A DNA stretch of 64,000 bases from Leucoraja ocellata (GCA_036785375.1 JAWMAR010000082.1:3038001-3102000), one strand, 5' to 3'. Positions 1-13,122 are shown, counted from the stretch's first letter. Notes: a model not told the origin generated them from the letters alone. A program made the numbers and translations.

Positions 1-35
1 ATTTAAAAAAAAATAATTTGACTAATGTGTTTAAT

Positions 36-420
36 GATTCAATGGTTCAATCAATGTACGTTATTTGGTTCGTTATTAACACATGTACTGTCAAATTCCA
101 CTTTTTTGCATGGAAAGGTTCAGTAAAGGTTTACCATACCCAAGCACAATCTCCAATTAGTACAAAGTGCATAGAAATCGTCCACTAAGACAGTATACAA
201 GAGTTGCCGGGTTTTGCCGCTGTTTTCATAGTCCAGTCGTTCGGTCTTCTCGAGGTGAGTCCCAGGCTGCTGCAGGGCCTACGGCCATCACCTTGGTCCG
301 AATCAGCCAGCAAACCATCGTCCCTCTCCTCGCCTGGCCAGCCCTTGTGCCTCTAGGGCACCTCCCACAGCCGACCTTGAGGGTGCGGAAGGCAAGACCC
401 AGGTTCTCTTACCGCCCTTT
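36..420 (-). mobile_element. Non-coding GC-rich retroposon with Rex1-type 3' tail, same family as 27440-28052
   Basis: The reverse complement ends ...gaatttgacagtacatgtg...attgaaccattgaatc. Its body (aaaacagcggcaaaacccggcaactcttgtatactgtcttagtg) aligns by eye to 27875-27920. Confidence 0.5.
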
Positions 421-879
421 TGCTCTTCAACTTAGCATTGCCAGCCATTACCCAATTACGTTACAGAATAAGATATCACCTATCCATTGCAGTCCACAAG
501 TGTATGGTTTCACAGTCTTTTATGACTTCATTTTTTTCAAATAATGAGTACTTTGGTTTTAGAAGCAAAACAGAGTCCCTTAAACCACTTTTCTGATCAT
601 ACTTTTTTTTGTCCCAACAACTCTGTAGGAAATAAATGATTTTAATCTCTGCCTTTAATCATTTGGTGATCATTCTAATTTAAATCCAGATAAGATACTT
701 ACTCCATGTCTATCTGATCAAATCAGTGTCTAACTTTGCATATCTTCATTATATCACTTCATAATTGTACATTTATTTAAAACAAAGATAATCATCTGCA
801 GACTGGGTGTATGCAAAGACTTCATCTGCACTGAACAAATGCACTTTATGGTCAAGCTTCATGATTTAGATGCAGAATT

Positions 880-1150
880 GAACGGCACAGAAACAGGCCA
901 TTGAGCTTGACGGGTCGACTGAGCCAGCTCATTATCATATGCACAAGTATGGTGAGAAGTCCACGTACAATGAAAAGTCTTGCTTGCAGCAGCATCACAA
1001 GCACACAGGCTCAGACTCATTACTGTGAAGAACATAAGTTGGTAAACAAAAACAAGTTCATTGAGCACTATACCCATTGTCACAGTAAAATTAGAGTTGA
1101 GCAGATTGATTCAGGAACCTGATGGTTGTTGGAATGTAGCTGCTTCTGTG
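880..1150 (-). mobile_element. Degraded Rex1-type LINE 3' end
   Basis: The reverse complement shows 'agcagctacattccaacaaccatcaggttcctgaat' (NSFFP..IR.LN-like) followed by a Rex-type 3' UTR. Confidence 0.45.
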
Positions 1151-1196
1151 AAATTGTAGGAAGTATTCACATCTCAATTGTATCCGGACTTTCAGA

Positions 1197-1331
1197 TGTG
1201 TCGGAAGGAACTACAGATGCTAGTTTAAACCGAAGATAGACACAGAAAGCTGGAGGAACTCAGCGGGTCAGACAGCATCTCTGGAGAAAAGGAATAGGTG
1301 ATGTTTCGGGTTGAGACCCTTCCTCAGAGTG
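1197..1331 (-). mobile_element. Penelope-derived short element with hammerhead-like motif
   Basis: The reverse complement reads ctgaggaagggtctcaacccgaaacatcacc...gagttcctccagc...agcatctgtagttcc, the same module found 3' of the GIY-YIG fragments at 17.2 kb and 57.5 kb. Confidence 0.8.
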
Positions 1332-1487
1332 ATGCTACAGTTTAGACCTAATTACATATCGTCAACATCAAGGTTTAGGATAGATTAGATAGATCCAAAT
1401 TCTGAATTTGGGGAATTTTGTAGCTTGAGTTACATGCGAATGAATTGGAATTTAAACATTCTCTTAAAGGATCCAATAATACCTGCA

Positions 1488-1574
1488 GGAAGACACAAAA
1501 TGCTGGAGTAACTCAGGGCACGGGCAGCATCTCTGGAGAGAAGGAACGGGTTACGTTTCGGGTCGAGACACTTC
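1488..1574 (-). mobile_element. Penelope-derived mini-element, truncated inside the hammerhead motif
   Basis: 87-bp insert flanked by the 8-bp TSD TACCTGCA (1480-1487 and 1575-1582). Confidence 0.8.
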
Positions 1575-1799
1575 TACCTGCACATTTTTAAAAAGCCAAA
1601 AGCTTGGATTCTTCTCCCTAGTTATTTCATTATCTGAAAGGAAAAGAGTGGGAACAGGTCCCTGGGAGATGTTGAGGTGAGGACCTGCTTATTGCTGGCT
1701 AACTGCTAAGCACAATGTTACTTTGGCCACACTGCATGTCATACAAGAGATTGCCATCCTCCCTGCACTTCAGAGCACGTGCAGTATAAGTATAAGTGG

Positions 1800-2135
1800 T
1801 CAATTATCAATAATGGAGAGCCACTTCGGATTTGCTAAAGGCAAATTGTGTCTTGCCAATCTGACTGGTGTTTTCAGATGAAGTAACATAGAAGGTTGAT
1901 GAAGGGACTGAAGCAGATGTACTCTAAAGTTATGGGCAAAAAAGACATAGGGAAGGAGATTTACAGTAAAGATTATCAGTGGTTCTGATCCAAAACTCAC
2001 TTCTTGTTAAAGTGGCGAATACAGAATTGATCAGTTTTCAGAAGGAAGTTGTACTTGCAAAAATAATTTGAAGGTTATGGCCTAACTACACATGGAGGCA
2101 GCAAGGCATCAATAGGCCTAATGGTCTCTTCCTCT
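1800..2135 (+). mobile_element. Highly degraded CR1 LINE fragments
   Basis: 'ggatttgctaaaggcaaattgtgtcttgccaatctg' resembles the CR1 RT motif GF.KG.SCLTNL, and 'ataggcctaatggtctcttcct' resembles a CR1 3' end. Confidence 0.4.
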
Positions 2136-3249
2136 CAAATAATAATGGTATGATCAATGAGTTGCTTCCAAATCAGTGATCCAGAACCCTACACGTTTAG
2201 AGCAGTAATTTAACCACTATGTAATTGTCATCTAATGTGATGAAGCAAAAATGTATTCAATAGATCTCACTCGTGGAGTGTTCATTCTCCGTTCAAAATT
2301 ACTAAGCAGCTCAGTGCCCCTGCCAAACTAGACCATGTTCAGTAACAGTCAGCCTTCAAGAAGCAGTTCCTCTATTTTTTACTTTGAACTCTTAGCCCAT
2401 GACCAAATTATTCTACCCAATGATCAACCAGTGAAGGTTTGCAACACTGAAGGTTTGCTCTGCCTGATCAATAACATTATATTATAGGTGACTGGGTAAG
2501 CTAAAAGCATACGTACTGTACTAAAGAGAGGAGCCAACTGGAATTCTGCCTGTGCAGAATATAGAAGAGCAGTTTCAACCTTTTGCCAACTGGGAAATGG
2601 GGGAATAAATAAATAGACATTGATGTTATTTTGCAGGATGTCATTACAAAATATTTATTTGGCAGAGCATCCTCTGGCTTCTGAGTGTTCCGATAGACAA
2701 GAAGTGGGTGAATTTGTTGAAAAATCTCACTCCAGGTTCGCAAGCGATTAAGGTGATGAGGAAATTGGCCCTCCAATACGGCGTGTGCTCGTTCAGTGCG
2801 AAGCGCATGTTCCCCCTTATTCTTGTAACTAATTGAAAGATTCCCTCCATTCAGTGCTCAACACATTGATAAGATATAAAACCGGGAAAGACAAAAGCAT
2901 TCAGAACTGTATAACTAGAACATTTGCATGTACTTTTAGATAAAGAATTAATTAGTACTCGAGGAGATAAGGGTCGTTTGAGTTAAAATGTTTTATTTTA
3001 CCACACAATTATCATCTTAAGAACGGGTAATTGCATAATAATTCTCATTTCCCCTCAGCACAGTGGGTGTTTTCTCAGCAAATCGTGTTTGAGGTTCTCA
3101 ATGACTTTACATATTTTTACGAATAATCATCTGATAAATGCTCTGTGCTGAGCAACTATCTGTTTCCCAGGGCATATGTGGGTTGCTTACTCTGCACCCC
3201 TGTTCTTGTCTATCTGCTGCTCTTTCTCCCACTGGCTAACTTCCTCTTT

Positions 3250-5530
3250 ACTACGTTGTACCACTAACTACAAATTATCTGTTGGTGTAAAATGCCACCA
3301 CTAAATACTCCAGCTTCCTCCCCACACCACCCCCCCCAGTCACCCTTAGAGCGCACATTTGCCTTTTGCTTTTCTCAATGAGAACTGATCTTGCAAATTG
3401 AGCTTTCAAGTGCCTGTACTTTTCTGGATATCATGTCTGTAAATAGACTATACACCAAAATTCAGCTTCCCAGTTACTTAAATTGTCAGAGTACTCAACC
3501 CTGTGATCCGTTTCACCTACTGAGCCCGTGACTGCTTTTCAATTTACCAGCTTCTCTTCAAAGTAGGTCGTAGTGGAAGTTTCACTGTCTTGGGATCAGC
3601 TAAATCTCTTCTGCTGTTTCTGAGTCATAGGTTAACCTCCAACTGCCCTTTCCAGCAAAAATTCTGATCTACACAGTTCTGAGAACTTCAAGTGCACAGA
3701 AATCCTCAATGCGTGACCCAAAACATCACCACCAAACCCATTACCAAACATGGCTGGCAAGCCAACAATAGTCCCCACTAACTCCACCTACCTCTGTCGA
3801 CTGTATCCCACCCACCACAATAGATCACCTGTCTTAGCTCTGGACACTCATCTCTATTCACAATTTACTATCAGAAAATTAGCGACAGGCTCATATAATT
3901 TGTGTTTTCCATTTCCATTTATAGACATCGTTTGGCTATCAGTACAGACCCCAGCTCATCACTTCTAACTTCTATTTCTCTCCTCCACAAAAAATCAGCT
4001 TAATTCTTGGTGGTGGATATTTGTCTTCATCTCTCTATTCTTGAGTTCTCTGCTCTCCCATTTTCCTGCACTTCATTGCTCTTCAATGTTTCTATGCCGC
4101 CCGCTGCTGCTGCTGTCTCAGGCTTTAACTCTCATTATGCCTTTCTTGACAATGTCCAAATAACCCATCGAGGTCTCCCCATAAGCAACTATCCAACTGG
4201 CATCATCCTGCTCTCTTGCCAGCTCCTTGGGCAGAGGGTAGATATCTGGTGGAGAGCAGTGAGGGGGAAGGAGTGGGGCAAACACTGATGTGAAGTGGAA
4301 TCCAGGAAAGGAGGGGTTCATTGACCGAGAGGTCACGGGAGCGAGCAGAAGGGTGGAGATAGTAACTGAGGCTGGAAGTGATACATGAAAAAGTCCCATG
4401 GGTGACATGAGTGCAAATGGTGGAATTTGATTAAAAAAATATGGGGAGTGATATGTACAACCAGTGGAAGGGAACTTGGTGGGGGGGGGGGGGGGGAGAG
4501 ACAGTCTGGAAAAAGGATGAGTGGGTGATACGTGAATGAAGGAAGTGGAAGAGGGGAAAGGAACGGGGTAACAGAGGCAGGGCAGTGTTTGTAAAGGTGT
4601 CAACAGGGAGGTGGTGAGGTACAGGGGGAGGTGGGTAGGTGAGAAGGGGACAGTGGTTGATTTATTAATCTCTAAATTGTGGCAGCTCGGCTAATTTTCC
4701 ATCCAGGGTAACAGAAATGTTCTCCCAGCCACTGTCTTCACTCCTTGAACAAATTGTTCCCCATCAACTCTACCACTTTCATGGGCATCAATCTGAAGTG
4801 GACCCTCACTATAACAGCCATGATACCCATATCCAACAATGAGACAAACTTTGGCCATGGGTGATTGCCACCACTCACTTCCATCTAACTAAGCCCTGCA
4901 CAGCTCATGAATCAGTTCATCTTCTGTGGAACCTTATCTATTACCTAGGTGACCATCCAGCTTTGATTTTGCTTTTGCATACCTTTCATTCATTTGTTCT
5001 TTGTACCTCTTCATTGCACTAGTTTCCCTCTTCCCTGAATCTCAGTCCGAAGAAGGGTCTCGACCCGAAACATTACCTATTCCTTTTCTCCAAGAGATGC
5101 TGCCCGTCCCATTGAGTTACTCCAGCATTTTGTTCATCTTTGGTGTAAACCAGCATCTGCAGTTCCATCCTATACATTACTGCTGTTAGAGCTGACTATT
5201 CCAATGCTTCCCTAGTCATCTTCCCTCACTTTTCTCTTTGTAAAAACAAAATTGTTCATCCATTACCCCTGTATTTCATGTTGAGGAATCCTTGATTTTA
5301 AAACTGCCATCCTTGTTTTTTTTTTCTTAATGTCTCACTCACCACATTCCTATCTTTATTGTTTCAGACAGTCAATGATCAGAGATATCTGCTCTCCTCC
5401 AAAATATCTACCTCTGGCAGCTCTGGTTCAAAGAGGCCCAAGCCCCAAGCATGGGAACCCCTCACCAAAATTCTCCACCTGCCCACTTCCTCTTTCCTTC
5501 CTTCAGATACCCACTTAAAACCGCAATGTG
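3250..5530 (+). mobile_element. Very old L2-like LINE remnant, interrupted by younger inserts
   Basis: Pyrimidine-rich + strand; 5440-5525 resembles an L2 3' end (ccaagcatgggaacccctcacc...ccttcagatacccacttaaaacc). No intact frame. Confidence 0.3.
4955..5177 (+). mobile_element. Penelope-derived 3' module with a mutated hammerhead core
   Basis: ctcagtccgaagaagggtctcgacccgaaacattacc...gagttactccagc...aaaccagcatctgcagttcc. Confidence 0.75.
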
Positions 5531-7202
5531 TTTTGTTGCTAATAATGGACCAGTAATTGCAATCTATTAGCTTGTTTCTGGAATTGTACTTTTCAGAAGA
5601 AAATCAGCTTCTTACAAATGACTCCATAGTGAACACTTTTCCCACACACAAGTGTGGGGAACAGACTGCATGGTGCATGTGGACAACAGCCTGGTGTACA
5701 CGGAAACTGGATTCCAACTCGAGCTAGAGAACTTTCTGCTTCTATCCTTCCCTCTTCCTGGCAATCGTTGGGTGTCTTTCTGGGCTGCAACTTTAATTCC
5801 TGTAGCATCCGGGACAATGGGATTTTAGTACAAATTCTTGAGCTTGAAAATGTCTTGCGGGTGCTATGGATAGCACTCAATGCTCATTTGTATGAATTCA
5901 TACACTGATGGGTTTCATACAATTAGTATTTCATCTGACCCAAGAAGCCTTCACTCTTTCAGTGGCTGCAAAGGGGGAAATTCCCCACCCGTTTATTTGT
6001 TTATATTGCCGCTAATTATTTTCATTGGAAGATTTTTTGATATGATACCTGTACTACAAGCAAGCTTGAAAAGTTGCTTACAGAGGGCTCTTGCCAACAT
6101 AATTATTTAATTGGTGTGTAGTACCAACTATAAAATCAATAACACTTGGGGAGGGGAATTGCAAGGGGAACTCCGTTTAATTTTATCCCCAATCACCATA
6201 TCCGATTGCTTTTCACTCAAAAATCAGAATGGGTGACTTTTCAATGCAGAAAAGAGGCATAAAATTGTAAAAAGAAATGTTACAAACGTGCACACAACTT
6301 AATGTTATTAAAAGGGGATGAAAGGAAAAGAGGAAACACAAAAGAACAGAAGTGGTTAATAGAGGTGATTTTGCACTACGCATTGGTTTGCCTTTTACTG
6401 CCAAGGTCAAATGTTTCAGAACCTGAAAGAAGCCAGATTGTTAAAAAAATAATTAGACATGTAAAATGATCCAACATCAGCCACTTCATGTGCCAGACCT
6501 AATCTGTGGATCTTCATGTCACACTCCTTACAGAGGAACATTAGGGGCAATGCTGGAAGGGTTCTGGACTTTTGACTCTTAGGTCAGTGGTCTCTTCCAC
6601 AAGTCGTTAATGGCAAATTGAAACATTCCCCACATAAAAGTGACACATTTCAGCCCATCAAAAATCAAAGCAACAGGCATGGGTCAGCTATAACTGTTAC
6701 AATACCGGATTTTAATAAAGGAGTGATGATTCTTCCCTCACAAAATGAATCTTGTTCTTTTCCGTCCTTAGCAAAGGTGGCCACTTTAGTATAATTGCTG
6801 CAAGTTTCTGCAACTGCTGAGGTTTAAGCTAAACCCTTGCATTAGCAACGTCACAATAAACATCCATTTCAATAACAAAACAGCTAAATAAGCACACAAG
6901 ACTACACTTCATATGCTATATTCATACTTCTAAACAGTTTCCACAAAAGGCACATCCGGCTAATAATTTCTTTCTACTCATTTATGTAATGAATTTTGCC
7001 ACTCATTATTGTAATAACTCTTTTCCTTCATCAAACATGGGTTTCTACACTTGATTGTATAAATAGGATGCAGCATGAACTATTACTCATGAGACTATTT
7101 CCATGAAATGACTAATCAGATACATTTCTGTTTCTCTTCTGACATCACAAGAGTGGCTTATTATCGCTTGGAGCTACACTCTGATAACAGCGAGAATAGG
7201 CA

Positions 7203-7798
7203 GACAATGTTGGAGTCACTCAGTGGGACAGGCAGCATCTCTGGAGAGAAGGAATGGGTGACTTTTCGGGTCGAGACCCTTCTTCAGACTGAGAGTCAGG
7301 GGAGAGGGAGACATCGAGATATGGAAGGGTAAGATGTGAAAACACAGATCAAAGGGGACGATGATCAAGGAAAATGAAGAATGGTTCATTGTTAGAAACA
7401 TAGAAAACATAGAAAATAGGTGCAGGAGTAGGCCGTTTGGCCCGTCGAGCCTGCACCGCCATTCAATATGATCATGGCTGATCATCCAACTCAGTATCCC
7501 ATCCCTGCCTTCTCTCCATACCCCCTGATCCCTTTAGCCACAAGGGCCACATCTAACTCCCTCTTATATATAGCCAATGAACTGGCCTCAACTACCTTCT
7601 GTGGCAGAGAATTCCACAGATTCACCACTCTCTGTGTAAAAAATGATTTTCTCATCTCGGTCCTAAAAGACTTCCCTCTTATCCTTAAACTGAGACCCCT
7701 AGTTCTGGAGGAACTAGTTAGCTGAGGGGAAGGTGACAACGAGGAATCCAGTCAGTAAAATTTAATTAGGAGGACAATGAAACTAGTCGGAGAACTAA
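7203..7798 (-). mobile_element. Penelope-derived 3' region with hammerhead motif (7259-7290), split by a CR1 insertion
   Basis: Matches the reverse complement of 17060-17320 on both sides of the CR1 insert. Confidence 0.8.
7396..7716 (-). mobile_element. Young 5'-truncated CR1 (HER1-like) LINE 3' end
   Basis: ORF 7491-7739(-) contains SRTRGLSLRIRGKSFRTEMRKSFFTQRVVNLWNSLP, the CR1 ORF2 C-terminus. It has a (TTTCTATG)n-type tail and a GTTAG TSD (7391-7395 and 7717-7721). Confidence 0.9.
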
Positions 7799-8221
7799 CA
7801 GCATCGCCTCCTAGGCCAATTGTGGTCTTGAATCATTCTCCAATAAGTGTCTTAAATCTGCCCGATATTGTTCCAAACTGTGACCAGCTGTTCAGCTGTA
7901 ACTGAAACCACACAACAGTCATGCATTAGGTAGTTAAGTTTCTTTTTTTATTTTGGGGTCAGCCTAGTCATTTAAATTTTATGGTTTCAAAACTATTCTG
8001 TCAAAAGCTCAGTGAAAGGAATCTTCAAATTCACCAACAGAGACAGTATTTAGCTGGACTTGCATTTTGCAACTTCACATGTCCAATGATGTCCCTTAAA
8101 GAGTATTGGATGTTCCAAGAGAATTAAAAATATTCGTAAGGCACGTATCACCACCCACCCACCCCCCAAACCTTTACCAAAATGAATTGAGAGTGACACA
8201 AATAATTAGTGATTGACAGAT

Positions 8222-8748
8222 GCCTGCCACCCTGGACATCCCCTTTTCTCTCTTAGATCTTCTGGAATATCCAGACTCAAGAACAACTTCTTTACCACTG
8301 CAATCAGACTCCTTGGTGGGTGACACAGTAGCGCAGTGCAAAAGTTTCTGCACCAGAACCTCTGGTACGGGCCTGACTCTAGTACTGTCTGTGTGGAGTT
8401 TGTACGTTCGCACTGTGACTGCGTGGGTTTTCTCCAGCTGCTCCTGTTTCTGACCACACTCCAAAGACATACAGGTTAATTGGCTTCTGTAAATTGTAAA
8501 TTGTCCCTAGTGTGTAGGATGGTGCTAGTGTATGGGGTGATCGCTGGTCGGCACAGGCCTGGTGGACCAAAGGGCGTTATTGCACTTTCTTCTTTTACTA
8601 CTTCAGATTGCTCTGCAATCACTGCTCAATCTGCCATTTTGCACTCATCATTGAATTTATTTCTCCATCTATCAATTATCATGCATACTGTGTACTCTAT
8701 GAGCTTCACACCAACAAGGTATTTCTTTGCACCCCAGTGTACATAAAC
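8222..8748 (+). mobile_element. Degraded Rex1-type 3' end hosting a SINE
   Basis: caccctggacatccccttttctc...agactcaagaacaacttcttt (HP.H.LF...RL.NSFF-like); the Rex-type 3' UTR resumes after 8580. Confidence 0.5.
8318..8576 (+). mobile_element. HE1/V-SINE-like tRNA-derived SINE
   Basis: Central core 'gtgtggagtttgtacgtt...gcgtgggttttctcc...ccacactccaaagac' and a CR1-like tail. Confidence 0.8.
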
Positions 8749-8959
8749 TACCTGCTGTCTTTCACCTTCCTATACACAACTTGGAAAAAAGTCAAATAGA
8801 TACTATTCTACAGAAAGGTTGTAATTTTCTACAGCTTCAGAGGGGGTAGTGAAAACTGTCAGATTACCCACTGCCAATTTCAACACCTGCTCGTAATTTT
8901 CCAACCACTCTTTGTAAATCAATTGCTGTAAATTATTTTTATGCCATTTTTGAAGATTA

Positions 8960-9950
8960 AAATTGCTGCTCTGGGAGGTTGGATCGCATGGGATCCAGGG
9001 AGAGCTGGCGAGCTGGATATAGAATTAGCTTCATGATAGGTGCTAAGAGGTTGATTTCGGACTGGAGGTATGCCAGCAGTGGTGTGCCTCAGGGAATCGG
9101 TGCTGGACCCCATGGCTGCTGGTCATCCACATCGTTGATTTGGGTGAAAATGTATAAGGTAGATATGATGGTGAAGAAGACTTTGGGCATGCAGGCCTTC
9201 ATCAGTTGGAGAATTAAGTATAGAAGTTGAGATGTTGTGCTAGTTAGTGAGGCCCGACATGGAGTATTGTGTTAAATTTTGGTCACCCTGCTGTAGCAAA
9301 GAGGCCATTAAGTTGGAAAGAGTGCAGAGAAGATTGGCGAGGATGTTGTCAGAACGTGAGGATCTGAAGAATAGAGAGAGAGAGAGACAGAGAGAGAGAG
9401 AAGGCAGGCTAGGACTTTATTTTGTGGCGCACAGGAGGGTGGGATTGATATACAACGGTGTATACAATCATGAGGGGTACATAGAAACATAGAAATTAGG
9501 TGCAGGAGTAGGCCATTCGGCCCTTCGAGCCTGCACCGCCATTCAATATGATCATTGCTGATCATCCAACTCAGTATCCCGTACCTGCCTTCTCTCCATA
9601 CCCCCTGATCCCCTTAGCCACAAGGGCCACATCTAACTCCCTCACGTGGATTATTTACCCATGGTAGGGGAAATCAAGAACTGGAGGGCAGAGCATTAAT
9701 TTGAGGGAGGAAAGATTTCATTGGAAACCTGAGGGGTAACTTTTTCCACACAGAGGTGGGGAGTATATGGAACATCCAGCTAGAGGAAATAGTTGAGGCG
9801 GGTAAGTAACAACAACATTTAAAAGGCATTTATTCAGATGCATGGGTTGGACAGATATAGAGGGATATGGGCCAAATGCAGGCAAATAGCACGAACTTGG
9901 GCATATTGGCTGGCATGGATGAGTTGGGCCGAAGGCCTGTTTCAGTGTTG
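8960..9950 (+). mobile_element. Degraded CR1 LINE ORF2 3' portion
   Basis: Translations SGVPQGIGAGP and RPDMEYCVKFWSPC..EAIKLERVQRR; 3' end 'gttgggccgaaggcctgtttc'. Contains a (GA)n run at 9372-9400. Confidence 0.85.
9479..9643 (-). mobile_element. Young CR1 3' fragment nested antisense in the older CR1
   Basis: Nearly identical to 7396-7563. Confidence 0.85.
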
Positions 9951-10609
9951 GGTCTTTGGTCTCCTAAGTCCAATAAATGATTGCAAGTATTATCTTGCAA
10001 AGGATTAATCAAATCAATTATGAACATGTCATTTAGTAATGATTGTTTAGACTCAAAATTTTTGCTACTTCAGAAGAAATAAGCATCTTATGAAATTTAC
10101 AAAAAATATTATCGGACTATTTAAGTGTGTTAAATGCAAGTATTTAGAAAGTTGTTTGAAATGGTGTATGAAAATACAGGAATGTTGATAGAGGGTAGGA
10201 CTGCAATTCAAACCAACAAACATACATTTCCAACCAGGAAAACTGTCAGGTGCACGTCCGAGGATTTCGCCCTCAATGCTCCCTCACTGAGGGACACTGA
10301 AGCTAATTAAGAAGCCCCTGTGGTTGAAGCTGGCTAATTTCATGCAGACTAGGGATCAACATGGGTCTGAATTGGTTAATGCCACATTATTAAGATTTAA
10401 AACCCAAGTCTAGATTTGGTCAAATTGTTAAGGAAGTAAACATAAAAACCCATATTTGTTTCAATACATTATTTGTCCGTTACATATGAGAGGATGAATA
10501 CCCGCAGTCTGAATATTTAAGGAATCTTTTCTTAGACATTTTTCACTGGAGAGTCAAGTGACCCAAACCTTGTAGGAGTTTACAAGCTTCCTTTGTGGAC
10601 AACTTTTGT

Positions 10610-10902
10610 GGGCGGCATGGTAGAGTTGCTGCCTTACAGCACCCGAGACCCAGGTTCGATCCCGACTACGGGTGCTGACTGTACGGAGCTTGTACGTTCT
10701 CCCCGTGACCAAAATGGGTTTCTTCAGTTTCCTCCCACAGTCCAAAGAAGTACAGGTTTGTAGGTCCATTGACATGGTATAAATGTTTTTAAAAAATTCC
10801 CTAGTATGTGTAGGATACTGTTAATGTGCGGGGATCGCTGGTCGGTGCAGACTTGTTGAGCCGAAGGGCCAGTTTCTGTACTGTATATCTAAACTAAACT
10901 AA
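10610..10902 (+). mobile_element. HE1/V-SINE-like SINE
   Basis: tRNA-like head with B box (ggttcgatccc), V-type core, and CR1-like tail ending (CTAAA)n. Confidence 0.9.
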
Positions 10903-11026
10903 GACAATCTGGCTCCAAGAACAACATCATAATCATCCTGATTTATATGTAGTTTTCAGCAAGGTAAACTCTAGAAATATGAAGAGAAGGCAAATACTAA
11001 AGTATTTTAAAGCAATTAATACCACA

Positions 11027-11028
<2 letters not shown>

Positions 11029-11095
<67 letters not shown>
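11029..11095. repeat. (AT)n microsatellite, about 30 units
   Basis: Read directly from the sequence. Confidence 0.98.
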
Positions 11096-11184
11096 TCTCT
11101 TTATATTGGCACGTAGTTCTCTTGTAGTAAATATAACCTGCTCCTTTACTAGCAAAGAGTCATTGAACTGTGCTGCATAAATGG

Positions 11185-11275
11185 AAGATAGACACAAAAA
11201 GCTGGAGTAACTCAGCGGGACAGGCAGCATCTCTAAAGGGAAGGAATGGGTGACATTTCGGGTCGAGACCCTTGT
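11185..11275 (-). mobile_element. Penelope-derived mini-element, truncated inside the hammerhead motif
   Basis: 8-bp TSD ATAAATGG (11177-11184 and 11276-11283). Confidence 0.8.
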
Positions 11276-11324
11276 ATAAATGGTTGGGGACAAACAGCTC
11301 AATCAAAGTGAGTTATACTTCAAG

Positions 11325-11930
11325 TCATGAGTCGAGAATGTTTTATGGTAACATGTCCCGAAACGGAACAATTAAATTATTTCTTGCAGCAGCACTACAG
11401 ACATGTGAACATAGTACTCTATAAGCAACATAATAAATAGCAAGAAAGTTTTGTATGTAGAAAAACAAATAGTAATAGTGCAAAGACAAGATCAATGCCC
11501 CCGAGTCTATGCAGTTCAGAACTCAAGAGTTAAGGGCCTAATCCACTCTTCGAGGTAATTCAAGAGCTCTCACTAGTTGAAAAAAAAATTAAACTCGTGG
11601 TGAGGAAACTCGTGGTAGAATGTACGTAGCGGGTACGTCGGAGCTCGGGGCGTCTCTTAGCGGCTCATAACGCTAACGGCAGGTACCCGGGAAACGCGGT
11701 AAGCTCGTGAAGATTTTGCAACATGTTGAAAAATGTCCACCAGAGCCCTGAGTACCTACAAGCGGCTATTACCGTAATTCTCCAAATTCGAATCAGGGGA
11801 AATTAGGGAGAACTCTTGAATTAGCTCATACAATGGGATAGGCCCTTTAGAGGTTGTAGTGTTTAATAGTCCGATAATTGTTGGGAAGAAGTTGCACCTG
11901 AACCTGGACATTACAGTTTTCAGGCTGTAA
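11325..11930 (-). mobile_element. Degraded Rex1-type 3' end interrupted by a Harbinger MITE
   Basis: 11870-11925 reverse-complements to 'aaaactgtaatgtccaggttcaggtgcaacttcttcccaacaattatcggactattaaac' (SRF.NSFFP.IRLLN-like). Confidence 0.5.
11533..11846. mobile_element. PIF/Harbinger-type MITE (314 bp)
   Basis: TIRs AGGGCCTAATCCACT / AATGGGATAGGCCCT, TTA TSD on both sides, CpG-rich interior, no ORF. Confidence 0.75.
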
Positions 11931-12744
11931 ATCTACCTCAGGTTTAAGACCAGACATCGCAATTCAATGGGACATTTGACCCACAGACATTTTAACATGA
12001 CCTCTGCAAAATGTTCCACGTTTCTGAGCATTACAAATGGAAAAGCGGGCACTAGTGGCAAGCAGAGATTGATGATCAGGGAAAGCAACACTTGACACTG
12101 AAGTTGATCCATGCTATTTTACAGACATTAAAACAGAGTTAGCAACTCTGGTAATGCAGTTTCAAAAAGCTGCAGTTATGCCCAGTTCCAAAACTTGCTC
12201 CCTCACATGTGACTTTACTCTGCCACAGTAGCTATGGGTATTACTGGTGAATTTCCTCCAATAGTAGCAATCTTTCTCACACCTCTAAGCTCAGGACAAA
12301 GCTCTTAAAAGATCACTGGACAGTACAACCACAATTACAACAATACAAGTGAGTGTTGGCAACTAATGTGGGCAGGCAACAATACTGGAGACACTAACAA
12401 AAAAACATCCACGGGTGAAGGGGAACCGGCATAAACTTGTGAAGAGCAGTGAGTGTAGGAGCCAGCATCTATTGAAGGAAGATGCTAGTGAGATGTCTCC
12501 AGGTTCACAAAGCCCTCTTCAAGTGCCCACACTTTTGCCAACTCTTCATTGCAGTCAGATACCTCTTCCAGGCATAACTGCGAAAGCAACATTCATCAAA
12601 AACAAAGGATTCCCGATGCTACCAGTAGAGGTTTTCTTGCCATCTGTCTCCCAGCAGGAAAATGCAAAATGTTACATGCTGCATATATAAGCCACAGAGA
12701 CACTGACTTGCAGAGAACATGCAAAAGCCCCTTATGATATTTTG

Positions 12745-13122
12745 CTTAGGTTCCCTCCCATATCCCAAAAACAAAAGGGTTCATAAATTAATTGGCCACT
12801 CTAAATTGCCCCTACTATGTGTGTGAATGTGTCGGAAAGAATGTAGGGAGAATGAAATGCACTAAACGTTATTCACTTATCTGTACACTGCTAATGGCTT
12901 GATTGTAATCACGTATTGTCTTTCCACTGCCTGGTTAGCACGCTACAAAAGCTTTTCGCTGTACCTCCATACACGTGACAATAAACTAAACTAAATGGGG
13001 CGGAGATAATGTTTGAGGCAAATCTGTGGGAAGTTGATGAAAATATGGGGTGAATAAAATTGGATTAATGTAAATGGTGGTCAACCCAAGCTCAATTGGC
13101 TGAAGGGCCCATTCCCATGCTG
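12745..13122 (+). mobile_element. Degraded SINE interrupted by a Rex1-type 3' UTR fragment (~12867-12994)
   Basis: SINE core 'ttaattggccactctaaattgccccta' and tail 'ggctgaagggcccattccc'; the insert ends 'cacgtgacaataaactaaactaaa'. Confidence 0.55.

Noticed and set aside
4118-4603. 161-aa proline-rich ORF (-)
   Set aside because: Low-complexity purine/pyrimidine-skewed repeat remnant with no recognisable protein or splice structure.
10610-10690. tRNA gene
   Set aside because: The B box is present but the cloverleaf is incomplete and continues into a SINE core and tail.
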